The translations under genes and the position numbers were made by a program. Shown in pieces: positions 10,341 to 22,540 of a stretch of DNA of 64,000 nt. The first letter of the stretch is position 1; the number at the start of each line of letters is the position of its first letter. The stretch comes from Siniperca chuatsi (Eukaryota). The stretch covers positions 24,477,196 to 24,541,195 of the forward strand of contig NC_058053.1 of assembly GCF_020085105.1 (NCBI RefSeq). Reading direction: 5' to 3'. The notes beneath the pieces were generated by a model that saw only the letters and a program-made list of their open reading frames with translations, ran no database searches and was not told the origin of the DNA.

Positions 10341-11458
10341 GTAGAACATTGAAATGCACCTAATGATGATGATGATAGACCGTCTGTCTTTTCCAATGCC
10401 TCACTTTTCTACTAACTAAAAGTAAATATACACAATTTTTAGAATAATTATCCACAATAATGTTTTTTTTTTTTCTTTTTTAATGAATCCCTTTTTTTCC
10501 CAGGGAGTGATTAACAAAAAAAATATTTATTTCTCAGAAGTAATCACTTTAAAACCACAGGAACTATTCTATTCTAATGTGAAATCTATTTTTGTGGTGG
10601 TATGTAGCCAGAGACACGGCAATTAATCTGTATAGTGATATTTATGTCAATAAAATTATCATGGGGAATTGGCCGTTTATGCAGTCATGGAAACAGCTCT
10701 AATGCTGTGTTCGCCATTGAAGTTTTGCTCAATCGCTTGTGGAAGTAGCATAGCGCCAGTTAACTTAGCTAAATAACACAGTACCACAGCTAGCCATTGT
10801 GGTTTAAAAATGCACGTTACATACCTACCGGGTGCTCCCGTAGCCAGGTGCATTAAAGGGTAGGGTTAACAGCAAGAATATGTTTTTCTTCCATTTCTTC
10901 AGACGGAACAGAATGGGACCGGTGAAACCAAATCAGATGATTGGTGGACGCTTCAAAGTTGAGGCCAGCTCAACAGTGTCGGGCGTCAGTTTGTAGCTTC
11001 ATGTCACCGGCTTCCATTGAAAATGACTTGTAGCCTGATGCTTTGTCGCCAGTAGTCTGAACACAGCATAATGCTTCACTCATAGTTGTGGCAGTTTTGT
11101 TGCATGTTGGCAGCAGTCTATGATGCATGACAAGAGCCTATCTATGATAACACAATTTAGGTATAGAGTAAATATATATAGAGTATCAAACACATACTAC
11201 ACCCTGTAGAAGGTGGTATAAAGTTTGTAGCTTCGTACTTCACAGAGAGCAAAGTCTGCTTGGATTTGTGATGAGTGCAGTTTACTTCAATGGTGACTGT
11301 CACTGGAGAAAAGTATCAAAACATCTTCACGGCTAAATACTACTAGAGGAACTACTAGGTGTTTTTATTTATTATTTTTTTGATCATTGGTTAAATGGGT
11401 GGTTTTTGCAGACAAATTGTTAGCAAGCACTTCTTCACCAGCTAATTTTTATATTTCA

Positions 11459-11550
11459 CATTCAAGTGGAGACAACATAAAAGGAGGTGTTGCTGCCAGT
11501 GTTACTTCCTCTGTCCTCAATGTACTGTCATTTGGTTATTTTTCCTCTTT
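11459..11550 (+). repeat. Second copy of the 4268-4365 repeat unit
   Basis: Aligned by eye. Confidence 0.5.
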
Positions 11551-11799
11551 GTAGCACAAGTTAGAACTCACATGCATAATACTTAAAGCACAATCCTGCG
11601 TTCTTTGATCAACAGTTCACTGCAGATATAACAGATGACCAGATCCTGTGTTTGTTTAAAAAATAAATGCTATTCATAAGTATGGTCATATTAGCAATCT
11701 TGTTATCATGCAGGTTTACACTACTGTTACATCTGATACTATCTCTGATAATTTTGCCTATTTTTTTCTTGTCACTAGTAGTCACACCCAGTGGTGAAC

Positions 11800-12260
11800 A
11801 TTTCATACTGTACTTATTTTGAGGTACTTTTCTTGATACCATTTTCTACTACTTTATACTTCTACTCCACTACATTTTAGAGGCAAATAGTGCACTTTTT
11901 ATACCACTACATTTATTTAATAACTTTAGTTACTTTGCAGATTCAGATTAATAATACATTATATGATCAACAAATAACTGATGTATTATTACGGGTAAGA
12001 TAAGACATTAATGAAAAAATATAGAAATTCACAAGCTGCCCAGCAGAATATAAAGTAATTAAAATTTGCCCCACCTTTACCTGCTGCAACACTAAAAGGA
12101 TGTACACATTTATGCATCAATAATTATTCTGAAACGGGCCATTTTGCATAATTAGTACTTGCTAGTAATAAAATTGCTAGTACGTGCTTTAAATATATTT
12201 TGATGCTAATACTTTTGTACATTACTTGAGTAAAGTTTTGAATGTAGGACTTTTACTTGT
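11800..12260. repeat. Teleost 'tacttgagtaaaagtac / acttaagtacagtacttg' repeat family (probable non-autonomous DNA transposon); one of >=5 copies
   Basis: Characteristic palindromic 'agtacttaagta / tacttgagtaaa' words. Other copies at 15840-16215, 16600-16770, 44760-45175 and 49185-49320. Confidence 0.45.
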
Positions 12261-12995
12261 AACAGATTATTTCTACACTATTGCCAATCACTGGTCACAT
12301 CATAGCACACCACTAGAATGTGTTATCGTGATGCTGCAGATCACTTTATGCCTATTTTTAAAGAGGTGCAACCTCCTCCCATGATAACAGCTTGCTATTA
12401 CCACTGTTCTGGAGTAAAAGTAATTAGGGCAAGTCTGGTGGGTTGCAGCTGTATTCACTCCTGTGTGTTGGTCAGGACACATTAGCAGGAGCACAGAGTT
12501 ACTGATTTCTTTATGAATGTTGACCAGTGGATATTCAAGCAACAGAATCCTCCAAATATGGTCTGGAAAAACACAAAGAAAAATACAGGATATCTCAATC
12601 TAAAGCATACCCAACAAACGTAAACAAATGACATAAATAACTTGAAGCGAACAGATTGCATAATGAATACCTGGTTATACTGGAAGTCAGTAATACACCC
12701 TGCACAAACTGCACTACAAATGCTGTAGACATTCTGGTAAATAGTTGGCTATGCCACATTAGAAGAGAGCTGACACTACCCTCTAGTAGGCAGGTTTTTT
12801 ATCTGCAATGTAGCTGGATTTAATTAGAACAAATGGAACTAATGGACTACATTTCTGCAGCTTTCTGCATTTGTCCCCCTTTTAAAATGTAAAAACTTGA
12901 ATATGGCACCAAAATGAAATGAGGCATTGTTTTATTAATTTGGCTGTTTGGGTTTGATTTCTTTTCTGTGTACATTCACAAAATATTGAACCTAC

Positions 12996-13012
12996 CTAAC
13001 CCTAACCCTAAT
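12996..13012 (-). repeat. Short interstitial telomere-like repeat (CCCTAA)2.7 exactly at the truncation point of a duplicated lectin TM exon
   Basis: 'ctaaccctaaccctaat' read directly. It abuts the 3'-truncated exon copy at 13014. Confidence 0.6.
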
Positions 13013-13013
13013 G

Positions 13014-13111
13014 GACACCGAGGCTGATGAGCCCAGCCAGCAGGAAAACACTCAGCAGCCCCAGACAGAGAACAACAGCTCCACGAAACCTCCTCTCTGA
13101 GCTCCTGGGAC
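13014..13111 (-). pseudogene. Lectin paralog C: TM-exon-like copy (SGPRSSERRFRGAVVLCLGLLSVFLLAGLISLGV), 3'-truncated
   Basis: The reverse complement matches the TM exons of A and B, with the 'ctgtgttcag' acceptor retained. The last ~6 nt and the donor are replaced by TTAGGG-like repeats. Confidence 0.6.
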
Positions 13112-13237
13112 CTGAACACAGAGAAGACCAGTGAATACAGTCAAGTATACAACAGTAATAATGACAGATGATGATAACAATAAACATCTATTCACAGCTC
13201 AGTCTGTCAGTCTCTCAGTCTGACTGAACATTCTTAC

Positions 13238-13289
13238 CTGTCTGGGTATTTAAGGGTCTTGGGTCAACAGGTTTGTCGTGTTCCTCCAT
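13238..13289 (-). pseudogene. Lectin paralog C: exon-1-like copy (MEEHDKPVDPRPLNTQT, gtaaga donor) lacking the IYVNVE (YxxV) segment
   Basis: Reverse complement aligned with B exon 1 (MEEIYVNVEHAKPVDARPSTNQT). Similar upstream flank. Confidence 0.5.
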
Positions 13290-13329
13290 TGATGCCGACT
13301 ATTTTATGAAGGGTCACCTCTGCAGCACA

Positions 13330-14395
13330 TGCTACGTTACATGTAAATGACTTAAGTTGTCTGCAGGACAAACTCTCCCAGCTGAGTGTGACTGACTCCA
13401 CCTGCAGGTGGATCACACACTTCCTGTCCGACAGGAGGCAGCACACAAGGCCGGGGAAACGTGTCTCTGACTCCCGGACCATCAGCACCGGTTCCCCCAA
13501 GGCTGCGTTCTTTCGCCTCTGCTCTTCTCCCTGTACGCCAACAGCTGCACCTCCAGTCATCAGTCCGTCAAGCTCCTGAAGTTCACGGATGACACCACCC
13601 TCTTGGGCTCATCTCTGATGGGGATGAGTCCGCTTACAGGTGGGAGATTGACCATCTCATGATCTGGTGCAGTCAGAACAACCTGGAGCTCAATGCTCTC
13701 AAGACAGTGGATATAGTTGTGGATTACAGGAAGAACCCAGCCCCACCTGCCCCCATCACCCTGTGTGACTCCCCAGGTGACACTGTGGAGTCCTACGCTT
13801 CCCGGACACCATCATCACCCAGGAGCTCAAGTGGGAGCTGAACATCAGGTGATTGGCTGCAATCTACCTTCCCTCCAGGACCTGTACGCCTCCAGGACCC
13901 CGAGGCTGCAGGAAAGATTGTGGCAGACCCCTCCCACCCTGGACACAATCTGTTTCAGACACTCCCCTCCGGCAGGAGGCTGCGGTCCAAAAGGACCAAA
14001 ACCTCACGCCACAAAAACAGTTTCTTTCTGTCTACAGTTTCTTTCCGTCAGGACCCCCACTGACACTGACTCCCATAACCACCCAACTCACCCCTTTTAG
14101 TACAGACTGTACAACTTTTGCACATTCCCATGTAAATATTTTGCACATCTCTGCACAAACTGTAATTTAAATAAGTCATATTGTACATATACTTTATTAT
14201 TTTCTTATGCTCTTTTTAAATATTATTTAATATCTTATTGTCAATTTTATCTTATATTTATGATTCTTGACCTGCAGTACTTGCTTTATCTTTCCTCATA
14301 TTTCTACTATGTTTACTGTTTTGCGCCAAAATACCAAAGCAAATTCCTTGTATGTGTGAACCTACTTTGCAGTAAAGCTGATTCTGATTCTGATT
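13330..14395 (+). mobile_element. 5'-truncated non-LTR retrotransposon (RT domain ...GAPQGCVLSPLLFSLY...FTDDTT... with frameshifts, then the ORF2 tail ...LQDLYASRTPRLQERL...HPGHNLFQTLPSGRRLRS... and a ctgattctgattctga tail). Copy 2 of the Rex1/Babar-like family
   Basis: ORF track 13388-13579, 13659-13841, 13717-14100 and 13853-14170. RT motifs read by hand. Confidence 0.7.
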
Positions 14396-14678
14396 GGAGG
14401 AAGCAATCGGAGGAAACAGTCAATTTTATTATCAGATTAATTTACCAAAATCCATCAAAAAGATAATAATGATAAAGTGCATTTCAGGGTAATACTTCAT
14501 TATAGTATGCAGTATATTCAGTGTAATGTGTTAGCTAACTTTAAGGCAGCTTCGTTTCACTGCATATGGTAGCCATCAGCACAGTATAACACAATAACAC
14601 TATTAAAGGCCTTTTGTATAATCATAACTTACATTGTTAAAGTATTTTCAAATGTATTATTTCAAATCTCATTAAAAT

Positions 14679-14832
14679 CTAAGCCAGTTTTTCACAGATC
14701 CATTGCAGAGAGGCATCACACCGCAGGTCGTTCCAGTTTTTAGTTTCCTTGCTAGCATTGATGTGTGCACAGTCCTCTTCCCCCCACCGTGGATCTCCAC
14801 GACCATTATCAGGCTGCATGCTCAGCCAGTAC
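14679..14832 (-). CDS. Lectin B exon 6: CTLD part 3 (YWLSMQPDNGRGDPRWGEEDCAHINASKETKNWNDLRCDASLQWICEKLA*), QPD motif
   Basis: Hand translation in the inherited phase. Stop TAG at 14679-14681. Confidence 0.8.
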
Positions 14833-15106
14833 CTAGGAGGTTAACAAGAAAGTTCATTTTCACAGGATTGGCCAAAGCCCCCAATAAATGCAGCTTTAAG
14901 TTTTCCAGTGAACTAATTTGTGGAGATAAAAAAATTGGATTTGAAGTCAACTTATGAGTTACAAGTAATGTTGCAAATTCAGTTCAGTCTGATTCTGATA
15001 ACAATTATTTAGACAAGCATACAACAATAAACTTAGTCATGTACAGCAATAGTTGTATATGTGTCTATATTCAAATAAGGTGTAGAACATGTACTGTATG
15101 CCTTAC

Positions 15107-15213
15107 TCCAGAGTCAGTGGCGTTTCATCAGTCCACTTCCAGGTGCCCTCACTGTCTCTGTCATTCAAACCAATCCAAACAGAAGATCCTTCCTTGAACT
15201 TAGTGAGGAATTC
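15107..15213 (-). CDS. Lectin B exon 5: CTLD part 2 (EFLTKFKEGSSVWIGLNDRDSEGTWKWTDETPLTL)
   Basis: Hand translation. 'gtaagg' donor. Confidence 0.8.
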
Positions 15214-15839
15214 CTGTTCAAGGTAAACGAAAGAAAGCCAGTATTCATACTTTAATTTTAACCATTCTATATATGCAATTTACAGGAATTAATTCAAACA
15301 CTCCGATAATAATTCAGTTTTATTGGGCTCAAAAATATATTAACTATTATAATTGTAACCTAATCATTATAGCTGATACAGTTAATGTTATTTCAGAATT
15401 GTATGTCCACACCTGTATCTACCACATATACATAGAGTAAAAATTCATAACAAAAGATGGGAGGGCATGAGTTAGTTGGTGTTTTCTATATGCAGGCGAG
15501 AAACAAAAACATATGTGGATGAGGAAAACTTCAATCTGAAGGAGGCAAAGGGGAAAGATTTGATTTGCCATGTTGCCACCATTATTATCCACTTTTAAAA
15601 CTAAAGGTGACGTCAGAGTGATATTCAATCCCTATTTATTCCAAGGTTCAAGGTTCAATTTATTCATCCATAAATTTATAGAAATTACATTGCTCCCAAT
15701 CGAATCAACCAACTCTGATTTCAGAACACAAGAAATAAATACCCATCAAATAAAGACAAACATAAAAAGAACATAAAAACATATTCCACAATAAAAAGTA
15801 TATATATATATAATAAAAAGCTGAAAAGTGCAGCTTGGT

Positions 15840-16215
15840 GAAAAGGAGAAAGTGTGGTCAGTGGTGGCAGAAGTACTCAGATCTTTTTCTTAAGTAGAAG
15901 TAGCAATAACACAGTGTAGAAATACTCTGTTACAAGTAAAAGTCATGCAGTACAAAGGAACACATTTATAATAATACATGATAGTTTATTTGTTGATAAA
16001 ATGTTGTATTAATAATCTGAATATGCAAAGTTACTAGTAACTAAAGCTTTAAAACAAATGTAGCGGAGTAAAAAGGACAATATTTGCCTTTGAAATGTAG
16101 TGGAGTATATGAATAAAGTAGCATAAAAAAGGAAATACACAAGTACCTCAAAAATGTACTTATGTACAGTTACGTAATTCCAAGGTCTTGGAATTTTTCT
16201 TTTTATAGAAAACTG
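15840..16215. repeat. Copy of the 'tacttaagtaaaagtac' repeat family (in a lectin B intron)
   Basis: Same motif words. Confidence 0.45.
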
Positions 16216-16396
16216 GACAAAAACGTTGTGTACATAAAGCATTTAGGAAGTTGAAGTTGAGTCATTTTTATTTTTAGTCACAAATTTGTCTCAGATGGCT
16301 TTACAATCTATACAACACACAGCACCCTCTATATAGAGAGCCCTGATTCGGGTAAGGAAAAACTCCATATAAAAGGGATAAAGTAGCACACACTAC

Positions 16397-16539
16397 CTGT
16401 TCTTCATAACTGTCTATTACCACCAGATCTGCTCCTCTGTTTCTACAGTCTTCTCTGCCTTTTTCCCATGATGCATACTCAGTGGAGAGAAGATAACAGG
16501 TACAACTGAACATCCTCCATCCTGCAGGACAGGTTTTCT
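16397..16539 (-). CDS. Lectin B exon 4: CTLD part 1 (KTCPAGWRMFSCTCYLLSTEYASWEKGREDCRNRGADLVVIDSYEEQ)
   Basis: ORF track 16301-16513 (-). 143 nt, the same length as A exon 4. Confidence 0.85.
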
Positions 16540-16599
16540 CTGAAATGCATCAAACAAAAGACATTAAAGATCAGAAAAGACCCATGTCTGTCTATCTGA

Positions 16600-16770
16600 G
16601 AGGTTGTGGATTCAATGCATGTTCTGTGGATGGCAATGTTTGAGAAATAACCAAGTAATGTACAAGTACCTAAAAATTTTACTTACGTGCAGTGCTTACA
16701 GTACACCCCTACTCCTCACACTCTACTATAAGTCAAATTATTTATTAGATTAAATGACTTATTACTTACA
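16600..16770. repeat. Copy of the 'tacttaagtaaaagtac' repeat family
   Basis: Same motif words. Confidence 0.4.
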
Positions 16771-17313
16771 GTACTATTTCTAACTCACATGATGCACATC
16801 AGAAAAAAGGAAGGCGATATTAAAATAATTCCTGGGAAGCAAAAATATTGTAACTTGGAAATCACCATATAAAGAAGTTGTACTATCATGAAGCAGATCA
16901 CAATCGTATGAGGAAGTGAAAGTCTTTCAAATGCAGAACTGAGGATCCGTTCAGTCTGTCAATGACAGCAGCTGCTTGGAATAAAACATCCTGCTGAGGG
17001 AAAGTGTTGTAGTCCTGCATGTTTCTTTCCAGTCCAGTTTTTTAGGGAACAGTTTAAGCAAAGAAGTCTGTTCACCTTGGAAGCAAGTTATGACTCAGCT
17101 GTTGCATATGACTGTTAATGTAGCTTCACACATACAGTGGCCGCATTTAAAACCTAATATTTGGACTGAAACTCTGGCTTTTAGCTATAAAATTGAGCTG
17201 AGAGTAGGATATAACAGTGTCATATAAGCCTGTTCTCTGGATCATGGTGTGGGTCCTGACCTAACCTCATGTTAAGAGACAACTGTGCAGAACCCACACA
17301 GGCAAGCACTCAC

Positions 17314-17448
17314 TCTGTTTCGACAAACTCTGCAGCCTGTTCAACTCTTTAGTCGCTTCAGTAAGGTTGGCATTCAGCAGGTCTCTCTCTTCAGAGACGG
17401 AGGACAGGTTGGCTTTGATAGTGGAGAGTTCTGAAGATGAATCACGGT
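17314..17448 (-). CDS. Lectin B exon 3: neck (RDSSSELSTIKANLSSVSEERDLLNANLTEATKELNRLQSLSKQ)
   Basis: Hand translation. GTGAGT donor. Paralogous to the A neck. Confidence 0.7.
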
Positions 17449-17698
17449 CTGATATAAATCAAGATACACGTTTCTTAAACAGCAAATCCTTCATGCATTC
17501 ATACTGATACTGTCTTAAGTTTCTATACTTTGGTAAAAAAATCAAGTCTATATCATTTTGCTGCTCTAGCTGCTTGAACATGACTTTTTACTATGGGTGG
17601 AAAAATTCATATTCATGGAAAATATATTTACAAAACAAGTACTTCATGAGGTCAATGTTTAATTTAATTCATTTCAAACTTATGAAAACCAGACTCAC

Positions 17699-17800
17699 AG
17701 AGGACACCGAGGGTGATGAGCCCAGCCAGCAGGAAAACACTCAGCAGCCCCAGAAAGAGAACAACAGCTCCATGAAACCTGCTCTCTGGGCTCCTGGGAC
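17699..17800 (-). CDS. Lectin B exon 2: TM segment (...GPRSPESRFHGAVVLFLGLLSVFLLAGLITLGVL)
   Basis: ORF track 17664-17870 (-). Same acceptor and donor context as gene A. Confidence 0.8.
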
Positions 17801-17898
17801 CTGAACACAGAGAAGACCAGCGAATACAGTCAATAATACAACAATAATAATGATAGAAAATAATACACATTCATTCACAGCTCAGTCTGAGTTGTTAC

Positions 17899-17968
17899 TT
17901 GTCTGATTTGTTGAAGGTCTTGCATCGACAGGTTTGGCATGTTCAACATTGACATAGATTTCCTCCAT
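17899..17968 (-). CDS. Lectin B exon 1: MEEIYVNVEHAKPVDARPSTNQT (YxxV motif)
   Basis: Hand translation of the reverse complement. GTAACA donor. Coordinates +/-2. Confidence 0.7.
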
Positions 17969-18899
17969 CGCTCATGAACATGCCAGCTTTTTCCTAGAAG
18001 GTCAGCTCTGCAGCATGGACCACATGTAAATGATGAAACGCCTGATGGTTTCAATTTCTCCTTTTTTCAATTTATGAGGAAGTGACAAATTTCAGAGGTG
18101 ATGAAAATAGGCTGTACCATCCACCACTGAAACTCAAATTGCATGACTTCTGCATGGTGTCACGTGTCTTTTTATCTATAGATGATCTTCACACTGCATC
18201 ACGTTTGTACTGAGATTGGGAAACTGGCTCTTAAATACTATGCTCTACAGATGTGGAACATTCTGCAGAAGCTTGTGAAATTAGACAAGCTTTTAATCAA
18301 TTAAAATCTCCTTTGATTGACAGAGCAGTGTGAATGCATGTTTTCTTCGAATTGATCTTGTCCCTTATGTTGATGTCCTTGGCCCTTTTTGTAGTATAAT
18401 TTGTTGAATGTATACTGTAACTTTTGTGGGCTTTTTCTGCTTTACAGGTACTGTAATCAGGACCAGTTCGATTCTCAGTGCGGATGCGTCGGTGCATGAC
18501 AGCTTACAGATTGTAATTCCCACGCCGCTATTTTGATTTGTGTAACTTACTGTTACCAGCAGTGCTGTGCGAGAAATGACTGTTGAGAAAGGAAAGGCAC
18601 GTTTCTATTTGTTACTAGATGTTTATTTCTTTCAGTCCTGGCCACCTGTAATGCCTCCACCAGGCCTGCTACACACAGCATAAACTGTAAGTACCAGTCA
18701 TGGCTACTTGACTTTAGACGGCTGATTTTACAATGTCTTCAAAGGACAGTAACAAAACATTTAAAGACTGTCATCTATATTTTGAAGTGTTGCTCCCTTG
18801 TTCTATTTTCTCCTACAGATGTGACATAATAGTGTTGTAAACATGAAAAACTGAGCCACCCTTTATAGTTAACTTTATATTTTTCATTATCTGAAGCAT

Positions 18900-19260
18900 T
18901 TATTACACTCATTTATTTTCCTCCCATGATCACAGTGTGGATCATTGGTGAGAGAGCTGCGGACACCTTGGGAAGCAACCTGTTGGTTTGGCTGGGGTGG
19001 ACTGTAGTTGGCAGTGGAAAGGCCTTCTCCCATTCTTTTCCCAGTCCCTGTGGCGGCGACGGGAGCTCAGCAGCGTCAAGCTGGTCAACATGATGAAGGA
19101 GGACCTGCACCAGCTTCACCTCCAGCACCCGGGCATGAAGATCATGTTTTTGTCTGTGACCCAAAAGGTGCCGGTAGAAGGCTGGTGTCAAACTGGTGAA
19201 GCTCGACAAGGCCAGGAAATTTGTCAACAGTGTTACAGCTATATTTGTACGTAGATTAAA
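18900..19260. other. GC-rich CpG-island-like segment between the PARP4 3' end and the lectin B 5' end. Overlapping ORFs on both strands, no recognised domain
   Basis: ORF track 18913-19227 (-), 18988-19254 (+) and 19008-19199 (+). Composition by eye. Confidence 0.3.
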
Positions 19261-20738
19261 TGGTGTTATGATAGAGCACCCTCACATGACTGGGCTATTT
19301 TTGAAAGATGGAGTTTATTTCACACTTAGAGGAAATGATAATTGCCACTTCCAAACGCAGTGAACGGCTTACAGTCGGCGGTATCACTGCTTTCGAATTT
19401 GGCCTTTAGGACCCATTTTGTTACACCTAAACATAGCCCTGACTGTCATGGCTAATGTTGATTATTTTTTATGTTCATTATGGTTGTTAAAAAAACAACA
19501 TATGTAGCCATAGCTGTTACCACCTCTGCTCTTCCTCATTCCTACAATCCCACCCTTTATAGTTTCTCAGTGAATGTTCCACATTTGTTTTAAAGAAATG
19601 TCAAAACAAAACCAGCACATAACATTATCTTTTCATTTTTTTACTTTCTGCTAAGATCTATGCAAAATGTTAACCTATAAATACCATCTTAATATTTTCA
19701 TTTATAACTATTCAATATTATTTTGTTAAAAGTTTTATATCACTATATTTCCAATTAACATGACACTGATGAATGACAGCTTTTAAGAATGTGTTTTTTT
19801 TAAAGTAAATTTAGTCTGATCCATTTTATATACCACTACACAAGCAACAGTTTAACAAATTAAAATCGTATCTTGCATTCATGAAAACATCAATATTAAA
19901 AGGTTGAAAATTTCATTGCGCATCACCCATGTCTTGAGCTCACAACCTTTGTCACCAATGGCATGTTGTGATCACGTTGAGCTACCCACAAAAACGGCAT
20001 AAGGGGATGTGGCTTCACACAAAGACTGATGCAACCACCAGGGTCGCGATAACAGCTTAAAGGCAGATTTCAAACTACTGTCAAAAATACTTTTCACACC
20101 TCACAGAGGCTCTGGAGTGAAGCTAAACTCTAATACATTGTGCCAATCAAACACATTATGTTAAATAGAGAGAATGAAGAGTGAGATCATCTTTAAACAC
20201 ACCTTCCACCTGCTGCAGGGCTGCTGTGTGGACAACTAGATTTTTCCTGCAGAATTAACTAAATATGATGATAAACACAAGAAGAGATATTATGGCACTC
20301 AAGGAACATTTTAAAAGATTTTAATTCTGTTCATGATTAGACACACAGAAACAATATCAACTACCACCATAACAAAGAACAAGTGACACTTGATAAAGCC
20401 AACTACCTAATTAGTGCAAATCTGTTGTGTGTAATTATCTTTTTTCTTTAAAGATAGTCATGAATACATGTAAAAAGACGATTAGTGTACCCAGAAACCC
20501 GTATGCATGAAGTTTAAAAAATCAGTTTACTGCAGAAAACCAACTGCATCTTGTTATTTAAGTGCATGTAAACACACTGACAGACACATTCAAATTGCTT
20601 TACATAAGGCAAAGAAATCCGTACATATCTATGTAAAAATAAATCAAAAAGATAATCTCATCCACTCAAAAAGGCAAGCAGGTATGCATTTCTCTCACTT
20701 CATCTTCTCTTCATGTTCCATCAGTCATGTTGGCCTGC

Positions 20739-20946
20739 TCAGGGGACCAGTAGAGGGACAGCGGTCCTCTGCAGTTTCAGACCACTGAGAGGTGAGGAGG
20801 GAGGGAGGCCTTCGTAACCTAGCAGCTGACGGGTGGAGGATTCCCAGCTCAAACCAAACTCCAGTCGGCTGTAGACACATGGGTACTGCCGGTCAGCCCA
20901 GCAAACCCAGTCCACCGCCCTCTTCACCTCCTCCCACCGCTCGGGC
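20739..20946 (-). CDS. PARP4: PARP4 last coding exon (RPERWEEVKRAVDWVCWADRQYPCVYSRLEFGLSWESSTRQLLGYEGLPPSSPLSGLKLQRTAVPLLVP*)
   Basis: ORF track 20739-20927 (-). Human ...AFEAIKQASEWVRRTEGQYPSICPRLELGNDWDSATKQLLGLQPISTVSPLHRVLHYSQG*. Confidence 0.85.
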
Positions 20947-21491
20947 CTGGAAGAAAAAGTCAGTTGTTAACAAAAGACGTAGCCACTCTGGATGATTTTA
21001 CAAACCTAACTGTCAGAGCAGAAAATGACAATAAATTATGAAACTTCTCCAACTGAGGAAAAAACAAACAAAAGAAAAACAAGGTTAAACCAGGAATGTA
21101 TGATTTTAAGAAGTACTTATAAGGTCATTTTTGAATAAAGTGCTAATAATTGTATAGACTGCTTCCTCTTACAGATGAGTTCCTCTTCTGACAATTCAAG
21201 CTTTTATGCTTGATCTTGGATTTATCATATCTTCAGTTGACTTTTTACATCTACTGTAGGTTGTAACCCACATGATTCTAATTTAACCTCATGTGAGTAA
21301 GGCTGAGAAAGATTTGCTTCATTACCATAAGACATCACACTTCTTTTGTCCCCACATGTCCTGTTTTGAACATGTATTTTGGTTGCAGTATGTGCCTTCA
21401 AGTTTAGTCTCAGTTGATGTGTTTTCACAAATACCAAAAAACGCATTCATTTCACTATCTTCATGTTGGTTTTGTCTGGTTTTGGACAGAC

Positions 21492-21606
21492 CTGGGCTGA
21501 GATGAGTCGTCCAGGCAGAAGAGGGTGCGGAGCAATTTGCCTTCCGCCAGCTTCTCCACCCTCATCAGCTGCAGAACCAGAAGAGTCGCCACCAGCTTCA
21601 GGATGT
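21492..21606 (-). CDS. PARP4: PARP4 penultimate exon (DILKLVATLLVLQLMRVEKLAEGKLLRTLFCLDDSSQP)
   Basis: ORF track 21461-21658 (-). Human LLDLIATMLVLQFIRTRLEKEGIVFKSLMKMDDPS. Confidence 0.8.
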
Positions 21607-22540
21607 CTGCATGGGCCCTCACACCTACACCACACCACACACGCACACACACACACACGTTTTTAACATTGGTAGCAAATGGTGAGATCCAAAGCGCAAA
21701 TCCTGGCCGAGATATCTGTAACTAGTAGCAAGGACCGGCCACAGTGAGGAAAACCGAGCAGATTTCTTCACTAATACAGAAGTTCCCAATGAAAATTGGC
21801 CACAATGACAGGACATTTGGAAAGAGATGTTACTGTTGCATTTTTAAAATGTATTTTTTTAATGGAGCACCACAAAAAAATCCCATTAACCTTCATTGTA
21901 TTGGGGTGGCAGCGGAGGTCTTACTGGTGAATATCTCAAAACCTGGACAAGGCTAGATAATTCTGGGGGAAAGTTGGAAAATGTTGCTTGTGATTTGGGG
22001 GAAATGACCACTTCCTTCACTCCTTACTTGCTGACAATGCTAATAAAGTCTGTTTCAAAGCAGAGCTGTCGCATGAGAACTGACCTGTTTTCCACCATGT
22101 TTGTAGTTAATAAAAAAAGGATGTTGTTTTTCAACTCATCCTAATGATCTAAAAACAAGAGAATCTTCATGAATAAAGGTAAGACATTTTCACCTGAAGG
22201 GTCAATACAATGCAGTTGAACTCCCCAGTAGTATGCAGACCAACCTGCCCTTGGGCAATTTATGTAATTTCAATACTGTTTACATGATTATGCAATGTAC
22301 TTGAGAACATTTAATGCTTGTATTTGTTTACTTTTAAGTAAAATGTTACATTTAACTTGTAATGGAGAAATTTTACATTATGGTACTTTTATTTAAGCAA
22401 ATGATCTGTATATTTCTGTCTCCACTGTATGATCCCAATCTTCTAGACCCAGAAACAGATGTTAGAATTGGTAAAAATGATCTGAAATGACAAAGCGATT
22501 TCCACACTGAAGGTATGAAACAGGTTCTGAGAGTTCTCAC

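Larger units (their letters stand above)
14679..17968 (-). other. Gene span: Gal-type (QPD) C-type lectin type-II receptor, paralog B. 6 coding exons, convergent with paralog A
   Basis: Sum of the exon evidence below. Confidence 0.8.

Noticed and set aside
14703-14957. 84-aa + ORF
   Set aside because: Opposite strand of lectin B's last CTLD exon (14679-14832, minus); antisense shadow.
20792-20995. Proline-rich + ORF (…PSKPSPPPSSPPPTARAWKK)
   Set aside because: Antisense to the PARP4 last coding exon.
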